DNA of 64,000 nucleotides, taken from positions 48,980,001 through 49,044,000 of the forward strand of contig OZ076415.1 of assembly GCA_964187785.1 (NCBI GenBank), read 5' to 3'. How positions within the stretch are numbered: position 1 is the stretch's first letter; each line of letters begins with the position of its first letter. Source of the DNA: Amphiscolops sp. MND2022 (Eukaryota). This document shows, in pieces, positions 36,480 through 47,934 of the stretch. Position numbers and translations under genes: made by a program. Below the pieces are notes generated by a model. It had not been told where the DNA came from, searched no databases, and worked only from the letters and a program-made list of their open reading frames with translations.

Positions 36480-37330
36480 AATGGATCTTTGAACGTTGGT
36501 TGTTTATACAAGTCCGCACATTCCCTTTTTGGGCAAGAACGTCAAATTAAAAGAAAGAACAAATTCCACCATCCTTCTTTCCATCTCAAAACGGCTACTT
36601 TTCGAGAAGAACGGTCCCCGCGCAAAACCAGGCAAGAATTCAGAGCTACCTGACTCCGGCCATCAAAAGTCTAATCAAACCGGAACAAGTTTAGAAGGAT
36701 GGTCCGCAGGCACCGCGAAGAATGAATAGCAACATCCCAAAAAGTATCCCAAAAAAGAACGCAGTTGGAGGTCCTTCATTGAAGAAATAAGAGTTCAACA
36801 CAGACGCAAGCAAGCTAGGGCGCGTCTTCCATTCTCGACAAAACAATCCGAATCATGAAGCATTGTAGATGACCTCTCAGTCTGGTCATCTGACAATAAA
36901 AGGCCAGAGAACCCAAAAGCCATAGATCATATAGCTGATAGGAGCAGGAACATTATGCTCAGCCTAAACCAAACAAAGTGTCATGTTACTTCCTTCTAAT
37001 ACGGGACCAGTGAGGCTTGATCGAAGCCTACCCTGAGATTGAACGACGCTGTCATGTCTCACATTTGCGCCGCACGTCCAGGGAATCTCACAAAAGGTGT
37101 CCAAACGAACGAACCTAATACGCGCGGCAACAACCCGTGACGGGCTGGCAAAAACACTCCAGAAGATTTACATTGCCATCCAAAGAAATGTTCTCGATTA
37201 CACGGCACCGGCCTTGCAACCAAGTCACAAAGCAACTTCCACTATTTCGATGAAAGTTGATGTTTCCACTCCGTACGGCGACAACCCATATCAGGTGACA
37301 ACTCATATCAAATTGAAAAAGCGACGACTC
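36480..37330 (+). mobile_element. LINE (APE-type) reverse transcriptase remnant
   Basis: VDDLSVWS, LSLNQTKC and LQKIYIAIQRNVLDYTAPALQP (RT domain 5 and downstream thumb motif); heavily deleted. Confidence 0.6.
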
Positions 37331-40300
37331 ATATCCACTAACAAGTCATGTCAATTTAAACTTATAGCAGAAAATTGAATCTTTTTATTAAAGATGAATT
37401 CAAATTTTTACCCAATAAGTCATTGAATATTTAGAGCATTTAGTTAATATAACAGCTATTATTGGAAACTATATAATGTATTAACAAGATCCGAAGAGTT
37501 GCAGTATTAATTTTGAGTAGAGCGTCGGAAGTAAATTTCGGAACTAATGCACATCAAACCCTGTAAAACTTCACGGCTTCAAATTGCCAAACTCAGGATG
37601 TATCTTCCAGGCAGTTTGATACAAGCGTTCTACAAAAAGAAACTTCGCGTTTGGAAGTGTCGCCAGATTTCCACAAAACTTTATAAATGTTCTCGTCAAC
37701 CTACAGAAAAAAAAACGTTAGAAATAAATTCTGATGCATTTTTGTAAAATTCATGCATTTAGTCACAAGAAACAGATATTGTTAGAAAAACTTCTGACAT
37801 CTCGAACTCTTTCCTCGAAAGTCTAATTTGATCTGACATTTTTGCGTGCAAAACTGCATGATACACCAAACCTTACTGTCAAAAAAGGCTGAAAAATTCT
37901 AAATCATTTTTCTTACCCTCTATTACCAATTACAACTATACAGGATCAACTATATCGTGGACACAGTCGAATTGTGGTGTCAATATTAACGGAGTGAGAT
38001 TTCAGCCGGCTGTGATAGAAATAGAATTTTTGAGGATAAAAACGCGACTGAAGTCAAAAGCAATATCTGAGAAAAATTACAATGTTTGTTGGGGAGATTA
38101 ACCCAAAACGAAATGATTATTATCGAAGATGGCGAGATGAAATTTATAAAATGAGTGTTGTTTACAGAGAGAAGCAAATTACACTCACATTGGTCCTTTA
38201 TCATGAAATACCTATGAATATGCGCATTTTTCCGTCTATGAACTTTCGGAAAAAATCCAATTTTTTGTCTTTGCGGGGTGGGGTTTCCTCTCGCTCTGCT
38301 TTTCAAAGTGTGACATTTTCATTGAATTCTTATTGTTTTCGATGTTAAGATTACCCCTAAAATTATTCGTTACCATTTTCTAACTGTTGTTTCCAATTTG
38401 AGTTCCTTCGCAAAAAGTAGTAATGAAAAGTTCGCTTTTCGTATACGTAGGATTTTTGACTTTTTTGCTCATGTTATGAGGTTCATTTAAATTTTATACC
38501 TTCAGCAAGCTAGATTATCACTAAAAGTGATATGCATATAAGAGCAAAGATAATAGGAAGTACTTCAAGTACCTCGCATCATTGTTTAATGTCAATAGTA
38601 ATGTCATTAGTCCCGTTGAAAACCGAAACAACCATTCTTAGCTGCTACGAAGCGACCGCGCAACGTATTTTTGCAATCAAATTTCAGCCACATTGATACG
38701 CTAATACATGTGTTTTAGGGAAAACGAGAGTGAAAACTTCACAGTGAGCGGTATAAGCATAGCTTGCAACTCACCAAAGCGCGGTAGAAAGCGAAACGAA
38801 TGAAATTGAGAACATGCTGCGAGTGCCTCTACGCACAGCTAATAAGAGAACGGCCCCTGCACACTATGGAGTTTATGCCCTTCTTAATCAAAATTGAAAA
38901 TCAAAACCCGAATTTCTCGGAGATGAAAAAAACACATCAACAAACAGTTTGCAGCATTCGAAGTTGAAAATATGAGCTTTATGCAACAACGAGAACTTGG
39001 CCGCGAAACGCTTCGAAAATAAGTTTCTTTAAAAAAAATTTGACAATTTTCCAAAACTGCTTTTCCTTCAAAATATTCGTGTGATCGCTACAACTGTCAG
39101 AAACGGTTCGAAACTGGCTCAAACAAAAGCTAATCGAATTGTTTAACGCGAGTTAACTGGAAAATAAAAAATATTCGGTAGTGCTTAAGATCTGAGCCAC
39201 CAAACGTTAAAAAAGCGTAAAAGAGGCCAAATTTTGGCCGTGTTTGGAAAATCGCCTAGTTCTCACCCTATAGGCGCACGATAGCCGCCCTCTTTGTAGA
39301 GTAGTTGAAAATTGATGTGGGTGAATGACCGAAGTGTTAGATAGAGGGTTGCAGTGAGCTAGCTAAAAACCCCCAAGATTTGAATGTTGTAATTTCATTC
39401 TGATAATAGTAGCATTGACCTACCAAAATGCTGAACATGCCCGCACGTTTTGAGCGATTGCGAGCTGAAAGTTTCAAGGTAGACGCACACGAAGATGGCG
39501 CACAACGTTTAGTAGGAGCGTTTTCCGAAAAATGACCTGGTTTTGAGATATTGACCTCTACAGTTGAACTTCAGGTCACCAAAACATTCCAAACTGGCTG
39601 TTTCTAGAAAAAATGCCACCAAATTTTTTTGAGAAAAAAGAGGCCTCATCTAAAGAGCAAAATACTCTTAGTGGTTTCGGCTAATGACCAATATGAGCTG
39701 TATCTTTCAAATTTTACGAGTACCAGCCCTCCAAAGTTGAGATATTTGCGAATGTCGTTACACTATTTTTGTCTATTTTACCTCAGGAGTGTTTTTCACC
39801 GTCAAGTGGTCGAAACAAAGAGATATTGATATCGAACGTTTTTGTAGCCTTTCAATTGTCCTTCCAGATGTTTCACATGGTTTTAGCCCCAGGTGATCGA
39901 AACATCTAGTTTTTGCCCTTAGAAAGTGTAACATGAAAAACGACATTTTGGATGTGAACAGAAACAGAAACTGCCTTTTGGGTCATTGTATTTTGTTGCG
40001 AATTAATTCCTTAAGTCAAATTTTGCTGAGGAGAGTTGTCAGGAGTCTTATATGAAAAAAAAGGACCTGAAAAAAGGTGCTTTGCGTTCGATAGCATCCC
40101 GGATGAGGAGCCGGATTATCAAAATTGCAGACTTACCTTGCTCGGCCGTGAATCCCATGCCTTCACTTTGTAACGAATATTAAAAGATGCCACTTGAAAG
40201 ATCTATTGCTGCACCATCACCCCTTCGTACAATTTTTGACCCAGCAGCAGGGTTGACAGCTGGTCTATCGTATCTCACATATCACATGGAATACTTGTTA

Positions 40301-41806
40301 AGTGGCCCTCGAACACACAAAACTGGTTAAGTGGGGCTAGAATACATGGAAATTGCTTTCACTCCAAGACTGATAGGGAAAATTTGCTGAGAATTGGTTC
40401 TCTCAATATTTTGCAGATATCACATCCTATCCTCACCAATAACCAAAATCAAACCTTGCTGAAACTCTTGTTCATTGATTCTTTATTTTATATGCCTACT
40501 ATTATGATTTGTACTTTTCTCCGCTATTAGCGATGTTTCCATTCTTGAAAGGACACCTTGAAAACAGTTAAAGAGTAGCGACACAAACCCCCGAAAAAGG
40601 GGCAGATAACAAAGTAGTAAAAGATCGCGAATTCCTTGTCACACGTATCCCCACCGTCTTCGATCGAGTTGAATCTTCTATTCTTTCGAACTTAATAAAC
40701 ATTTATGTAGATACTCAGTCAATTCTTGTCTCGTGCATGGTACTTGCGGGTTCAATTGAGTTGTAGTGGGGCTATTCTCAACAAATAGTTAATGCTAGTG
40801 AAAACCAAAAATCTTACAGTATACATTTCCAGTGGGAAAAGTATTCCTTGGTACCACTCATTTTCGACAAAATTGAAAAAAATCTAGTAATGGAAAAGAT
40901 TGCCGTAAATGCCGATCTTCCGACTTTCCACGGAAATCGTAAAAAGATGGTTAACTGTAGCTGAGGCAGAATAGGGAGTGCAAGCATTTTCTGAATGGGT
41001 TTTTGAGCCTTGAATTCCCCTAATAATGTAAAACATGTCCTTAATTTTTTTTACACTCTTACACCAAGTCACTTTTATTCTTTCTATCAATGCTTTGCGC
41101 AAAGGTATCATTAACAACAGAGAACAAAATATTAGTCTAGTAATCGGAGACTATATTTTTCTAGTAAAGTATCTTCAAAGTTTGGGAAGATTCCGCTCTC
41201 GACACTGAAAACAAAAGTAAACAAGATTCCTTAGGTGCTGTCTCTCATAAAAGCCCGGACGAAAGGAATTCTGTTATCTTGTGTTATTCGAGCTCGAAGA
41301 GCGAAGATGCCCATATGGCGACGTTTTGTTGTTGCAGATTTCGCGAGTTGCCAGCATTTCCAATTTGTCAGGAAAATTTCTTGAAACCGAGACCAGATAC
41401 GGATACAATGTTTTCAATACGTCAAATCATAAGGTAAAGTTTTGCCGAAAATTTTGTTCAAAAAATTGTCTTCATGGTTTTTTATTAGGATAAACTTTAT
41501 GAGATCCTTACGTTACGATCCTTTTTTCGTACGAGATCCTTAGTTTCGTTGGAAGTTCGAGAAGTCTTCGTGAAAAAACGTTTTGTCATTTTTTGCTTTG
41601 AACTCTTCTATCTCAGAATTCATACCATGTCCATGTTCGCGCATGCAGTAGAACAGATTCCAACCTATATTTTTGTCGTTTCTTAGACCCAAGTCTTTGT
41701 TTTAAAAAATATCTGGAAGTTTGCTTTTTTAACTTCTTCAAATTTGAATCCTCCAATTTTTGCTTCAACCCTAATTCAAGTACCTTCATCTGAGACCGAA
41801 TCTGAT

Positions 41807-42355
41807 CCCTAGTTGGAACTGCTTGAACTTTTTGCATGTACTTTAATGTTGCCAGTAACTTTTATTATGATTTTCTAAAACTCTTACAGAAACTTTCATG
41901 CGAAAATATTTCCCTGTTGTAATTAACTTTTATCAAGCTGCTTGAAAGATTCATTAAAGTTTTGGCGGCAATTTTAAGCATTGAAGTTTTGCAGGTTTCA
42001 TTAAGCAGCAGCTATAATTTTAAAAGCAAATAAGTTGCTATCAATTTTACCGCTAATTTAATGCAAAATGACTTCAGTCGCGTAATAAACTGCAAATTAG
42101 CGTCATCTTCAGCGTGCTATTTGAGAAGCGGTGATCACATCAGACGAGTAGTTGAGAAAACAAAGTGTGAATACAAACTGATCGTATCGGTGATGTAGTG
42201 GAATTTATTTTCAAATTTAATTGCAGGAGTGGAAAATGCAGTGCAATTGTACATGATTTACCAACTGAAGTTCGCTGAATTTTCTAGGTTTTATAAAAAA
42301 TTACCCTGCATGCAGGACTGCAGCATGTAAAACGTTCCTGCAGTTTCAACTAGGG
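41807..42355 (+). mobile_element. Non-autonomous DNA transposon, CMC/EnSpm-like (CCC...GGG ends, 2-bp TSD)
   Basis: TIR CCCTAGTTG(G/A)AACTGC; TSD AT/AT. A second copy lies at 57398-58234 and a diverged inverted fragment at ~37550-37760. Confidence 0.75.
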
Positions 42356-44646
42356 ATCAGACTGATTTTTCTGATACAGAGGTTTTCTAGCGCAATATCA
42401 ATAAAATTGAGCGTATGAGCTCTAATCCCTGCGACGTTTTGTAGCCCCTGCTTTATTTACATTTATATCGTTTAGTTTTTGAGTAGCATTAACATCAGTC
42501 TCCCAAAATTTTTCTCGAAAGTGGGCTCCTTGAATTTTTTTGGTTGGGCTCATTATTGTATTCCAGCTTATGAGGGTTACTAACTGTTTACACAAAGAGT
42601 TGAAAATTAGGCTCGTTTTAAATGGACAATTGCTGTTAGAACATTTAAGATTGAAAATTTCAGGTTTTGTCATATTTTTTAAAGAAGAAATGTTGCAGTC
42701 AAATATTTGGAGAGAACCTAACGAATATTTCTTAGTTTTTTAAACAAATTGCAATGCTTTTCAGGCATTAAAGCAATCGAATTCTGACTGAGTTCGACTT
42801 TTAGAAGAAGAAGAAGAATTTAAATTAGTACGTTGTCCACATGGGACGTTCGAAAACAAAAAGTAATCGGAGCATCTTTTACACAAAGTGTCAGAGGATA
42901 AACATATACATATATGTTAACAGAAGTATAAATTTAGTGCACCATCAGTCTCATCTTCGCTTATCACACTAGAACCAATGTGTTCGCAGAAATTCGTTAG
43001 TTTAATCAGTTTATTAATGTTAGTTACGTTCATCAAAGTGTGTAAAGTATACATGTTTGGGCTCGGGCCTAGACTTCCTAGTTCTCTACTTCTAAACTCG
43101 TCGAATCTGGGACACCTAAGTAAAAAGTAGAAGCTTGTCATGAAATTTTGCAGTTTCACTTTTTGCAAGTTGTACGTTTTGCAGGGAATTTCAGTGATTC
43201 AGTTAGAACTCGTCTGCTTTTATTTCGTTTGTCTACGTTTACGACCAGCCGTTTAGTATAAGGTCCAGACATGTCATTATCATTCGGCGAGTATTTCCGA
43301 GTCATTTTCCGAGTAAACCGACCAATTACAATTTAGCGAATAACACCGCGTAGTAAGGCTGTATTTCTGAGAAATAGCCTGTACATCCAAGCAATAACCC
43401 ATATTTTTGAGAAATTGCTGTAAGATAATGCCGATTTCAGACGCGCGTATGACATAATTCCAACTTCCGCCTCACTTTTCTTATTTTTCTAAGTTTTTTC
43501 ATTTAATTTCGTTTTTTTTTCGAGTAATCTACCGAGTAATCCGCCCACATTCGAGCCTGTACCAAGTGGAGTACTTTAGGAATTTTGCCTCTTAGTTTCT
43601 TGATATGCCTGATTGGGTCTAGCTCAAATGGACGACCACTCAAGTGACTTGTTGATCAAACGGAAGCCTATCAGCTATTTTTGAAATTTTGTTGGTTGAA
43701 GCAAGTTCACTGACATACCCAGATTACGTAATCATTGCCAAAATTGACGGCGAAGGCAATAGGCTTGCATGCAAAATGATCAATCGCACAGATGCGACGA
43801 ACCTAAAATCCCAAGTCCTCGGTCACAAAATCCAAAGGTGAGTGATTTATCAAACCTTCTAACATTTTCAGCTCGGGATAGTGGCATTCTCCCTTCTATG
43901 GACTTCATCATTTTGATCTTTAAATTTTGAAAGTAAAATGAGTGCTTATATGTATGCATTCATATCGCCTATAATGAATACTCCCTCTAGATATCGGGAT
44001 CATTTTGTACTGAATTTTCTTTGCGACAACATAATTTAATTTTTGGATTAGAGTGTCGTTAATAAACAACAAATTAATCAAGAAATGTTCAAAGCATTCA
44101 CAAAGTGAGATTTTCCGGTTCATATCAGGCACTTTTCAGAAACTTTCAGATTTCTCAAAAAGTGCGTTGAGGAGCTATTTGTTCCATTCAACACTGTTGA
44201 AACCACAAAAACATTCGAAACGAACATATTGGTTTCGAAACGAACAAAATAAGGTTCCATTTCAAATCCCCCTTTGATGATATCCGTCAAAAAAAACAAT
44301 TTTTGCAACATTCTCACCCCAAACAATGCCATAGAAGTTTTCTTGGCCTCTACTCAACTGACGGTTGATGAGCGTGGTGCTAATTTGATTGTTCAACTGA
44401 GCTCTGCTCAAATGACATTGGAGTACCAGTCTTTTCGAATGAATTCAAAGAATCTGAGAAACTCAGCTGCGCCTCACAACTCACTGAGCTCAAAAGTTCG
44501 AATCTGGTTCTCAGTTTTCATTGCACAGTTAAGTTTCTGATGTTTTGCTCAACGATGACCTTTTGTTGAATCTGAATTATCTTCCTTATTCAGCCAAGTC
44601 GAGAGGAAAACACTTATTCAATCGGGATTAGTTCAAAAAGTCAGTA

Positions 44647-45213
44647 ATGGGCAAAGGATCGAAACGAAAAGCAGAAGAAAGAGCCAAAAATAAAGCAACG
44701 GTTCAGAAGAGAGAAGAGGCCCTTCCTGAAATCCCAAGTCCTCGGTCGCAAAATCCGAAGGTTAGTGAGATGATTATGGAAGCTATTCGAGAGCTTGCAG
44801 AGCGTGCTGGTTCTAGTCGACCCGCAATTTTGAAGTACATAAAAGCCAATTACTTTGTCAATGATGAAAGAATTGGAAACCTTCTGAAACGAAACCTCCT
44901 TTCCTTGCTGGAAGATGGTCACATTATTCACTCGAAACCCACTATGATGGGAGCTAATGGGTCGTTCAAGTTATCAAAAACCTTGAGAACTTCTTCGAAC
45001 TCCCTTAAATTGATCCCAAAGACAAAAAGATCACCCCCACGGAGCTCGAAAGGGAAAAGCTCGTCGAAAGAAGGCCCAACCAGGAGTAGAAAAATCTCCC
45101 TGAAGGATACCAAAGATTCTTCAAGGCGCAGGAAGATGTCAAAAACAAGTTCTGGTTCCCACAGTGCTGGAAATAGGAGACAAAAAACCGAGATGAAAAG
45201 AAACCGAAAATGA
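44647..45213 (+). CDS. Linker histone H1/H5-family protein with Ser/Lys/Arg-rich tail (protamine-like candidate), intronless, 188 aa
   Basis: Winged-helix motif PKVSEMIMEAIREL.ER.GSSR.AI.KYI.ANY...LKRNL..L...G.I......GANGSFKL, followed by a basic tail; AT-rich 3' flank. Confidence 0.88.
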   Translation: MGKGSKRKAEERAKNKATVQKREEALPEIPSPRSQNPKVSEMIMEAIRELAERAGSSRPAILKYIKANYFVNDERIGNLLKRNLLSLLEDGHIIHSKPTMMGANGSFKLSKTLRTSSNSLKLIPKTKRSPPRSSKGKSSSKEGPTRSRKISLKDTKDSSRRRKMSKTSSGSHSAGNRRQKTEMKRNRK

Positions 45214-45880
45214 AAGTGGAAAACTTTGTAAAACATGTTTCTTACATTAAAGTTTAGTTGCCTTATTTTATTTTGCTGGATATAAAGAGGGATAAAAACG
45301 AGCGCTGGAAAAACACAGTCAAAATGGAAATCAAGATTTATGGCAAAAATAGTTCTTTTGACCTCCACAATTATTGAAATATTTTTCTGTTCCATTTTTT
45401 GTTCTGAAGTCACTGCACAGGTTAAATTCAGTATGTTTTTGCTTCAGGTATCTTAGCGCTCAGTTTTTTCAGAGTCGCATCGTTTTATAGAAAATTTGTG
45501 TTTATAATAACTCTATGTAGTAATGAAAAAGCGAGAATACTCTGCATAAACTAATTTGTTTTGATGCTCCAATTAAATAAGAAGCCATTAAAAAGGATGA
45601 GAATACTTGAAGATTTGAAAGCTAGATGAAAAGTTCAAATACGAACATAGTTTTTATAAAGCTATCAACAAAAACTGAAGTAGTTCTTCACAACGAAATG
45701 AACATTAAGATCCACTGATGAGCTTCTATGCGAGAAACTTGCAATCAGTCTTTATACGTTTAAACAATGGCATAGCGGCAGCTCATATCAATTTGAAAAA
45801 GCGACAACTCATCAGGTTCGCCAATAGCTTACAAATACCTAAATTTACTTGAACAACTAGTAATTACCAATTAGCAATTA

Positions 45881-45958
45881 AAAACTCCAAAGTTACACTG
45901 ATATTTACCATGAAACCTCGAGGCTTCATGGTAAATATCAGTGTAACCTTGGAGTTTT
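45881..45958. repeat. 78-bp loop-less palindrome
   Basis: 39-bp arms centred on CTC|GAG with 2 mismatches. Confidence 0.95.
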
Positions 45959-46743
45959 CAATTAAATTTAAAATCTATTCAAGAAAATTTATTCCAACTA
46001 ATACATTAGATAATTAAAGAAAATTAGATAACTGATAATTAATTAATAGAAATTATAAAATAGGGATATGAGTTTTGATTGATATGAGTTGTCGCTTTTT
46101 CAAATTGATGTGAGTTGTCGCCTGCTAAGAGTTGTCGCCGTACGGTTTCTAATAGCTGTCGACGCTAAACCCTTCTATTATATCACGAGAAATAGAGTGG
46201 AACAATGCAACAGAATGTCCGAAAAAGTCAAATTCATGACTTAGACTGAGTTTTTTCGTAGGTTTTGAAAGTTTTTTTAGTTATGACCACTCACATAGTT
46301 ACAAGATGAAAACGTCAGCTACTTACCCAGTTTTGTAAAAAAATACAAAGTTTCTTTTAAAAAATCCAAAACTGAACAAGCCAAAAAAATTGAAGCAACT
46401 TTTGTATTTTTTTCATGATTCTGTGAATATGATGAAAAAATAGAGTTTTCGTTTCAACAAAATTAAGATGAACCGAAAAGTCTCAAGATGATTAGTATTT
46501 TGGGACCATGGAACAAAAGAATAGAGCTTTAAGGACGGTGTGGCTGCTTAGGTGGACATGGTATCGGGAACACCGTTTCAAAATGCAGAACCGCTCACGT
46601 GAGCCTTCACGCCGCGAACTTGGAGAACTGAGCGTTTTGTTTTCCGCCCAAATTCTGTATGGGAATGAGAAATATTTAAATCAGCCCTGTTTTATTTAAA
46701 TTTTGCCATGTTCAAACTTACATTCAAACTGAAGGGTGTCACC

Positions 46744-47934
46744 TAGGAACCGAAATTTTTGGCGCTTTTTCTCATTTTTCGGCGGCGGTATTAGCACCCG
46801 TTTTCGGCGTTAAAAAAGTGATTTCGGCCAAGAATTAAATTGATGAATTATAACGTAAAAACATGTATTTATCAACATTCTCATCCAAAATGTTTGGCCG
46901 ATCGCTCAAAAACGAATTTAAAATTGAAAAAAGTCTCTCAACGTCAATGTTTTGTGCGGGCGCAAAGGAGTATGCAACAATTTGTTGAGGGTCTATCTCT
47001 CCAATGTCGCGTCGCAACTGGAGTTGGAAATAAAACTTTTTCCACATTTCCATATCCCTTCCATTGTGCGCGCCTTGAAACTGATTTGAATACTGCTGTG
47101 ATATATCCCAATAACATGGAAATATTTATTTTTTCATAAGATGCAATTTTCGATGTAACACGCGAAATCATATGCGTAACACAGGTCACGTGAATCACGT
47201 TCGTAAAAATAACTTTCACCTGTTTGGCACATGTGGAATTATATGAAGCATTGTCTGTGACAAATAACCGAAATTTCTCATACTCTGTAGCCAAGCCCAC
47301 TTTAGCAAGTGCCCGCATCAACTTCTGATGGACGATAACCGAGTTTGGTGCCTGGTGTCCAACTGTGATTTCAATTAAATATGGGTTGAACGGTTGAACT
47401 GTGAATTATCTCGGTTGAACTGACCTTCGACTGAAAAATGCATATTTTATTATGTTAATAATTATTATTATATAAAAATAATATAATGCAAAGAATGGCT
47501 TACCCTGAATTCCCGATCCCCTCAATTGTAATGTGGTTTGACGCTTCTGCTGAAGACTTAAAGCCCGGGAATGTCCAGTCCCGCGTATTTGATCCGAGAC
47601 ATGATTTGTTTTTTTTTTTCACATCGAACGATTTGCCACATAGGAAACAAAGTACTTTAAATCCATCTGTTGGTGTGGTAGATAGTATTTCCAAACATAT
47701 ATGTGATGCAATTTGGGACTTTAAGGTAACATATGATGCTGCTCGAGACATTGCACTGGTCTGAAATAGTTGACTGTAATGTAATAGTAAGTAAACAAAC
47801 ACGCAACAAGACTGTTTGACTATTCAATTTTAACAATTAATTGCCAAATTGTCCCATTGGCTGTTTTCGGCGGTTAGATGACCTTATTCGGCGTTTTCGG
47901 CAACCGCCGAAACCGCCGAGAAATTCGGTTCCTA
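46744..47934 (-). mobile_element. hAT deletion derivative with transposase remnants
   Basis: TIR TAGGAACCGAA; 8-bp TSD GTGTCACC (46736-46743, 47935-47942); CGGCG subterminal repeats; peptides KVLCFLCGK (Zn finger-like), LFVTDNASY...HVTCVTH (catalytic core) and NIDVERLFS (dimerisation). Confidence 0.92.
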
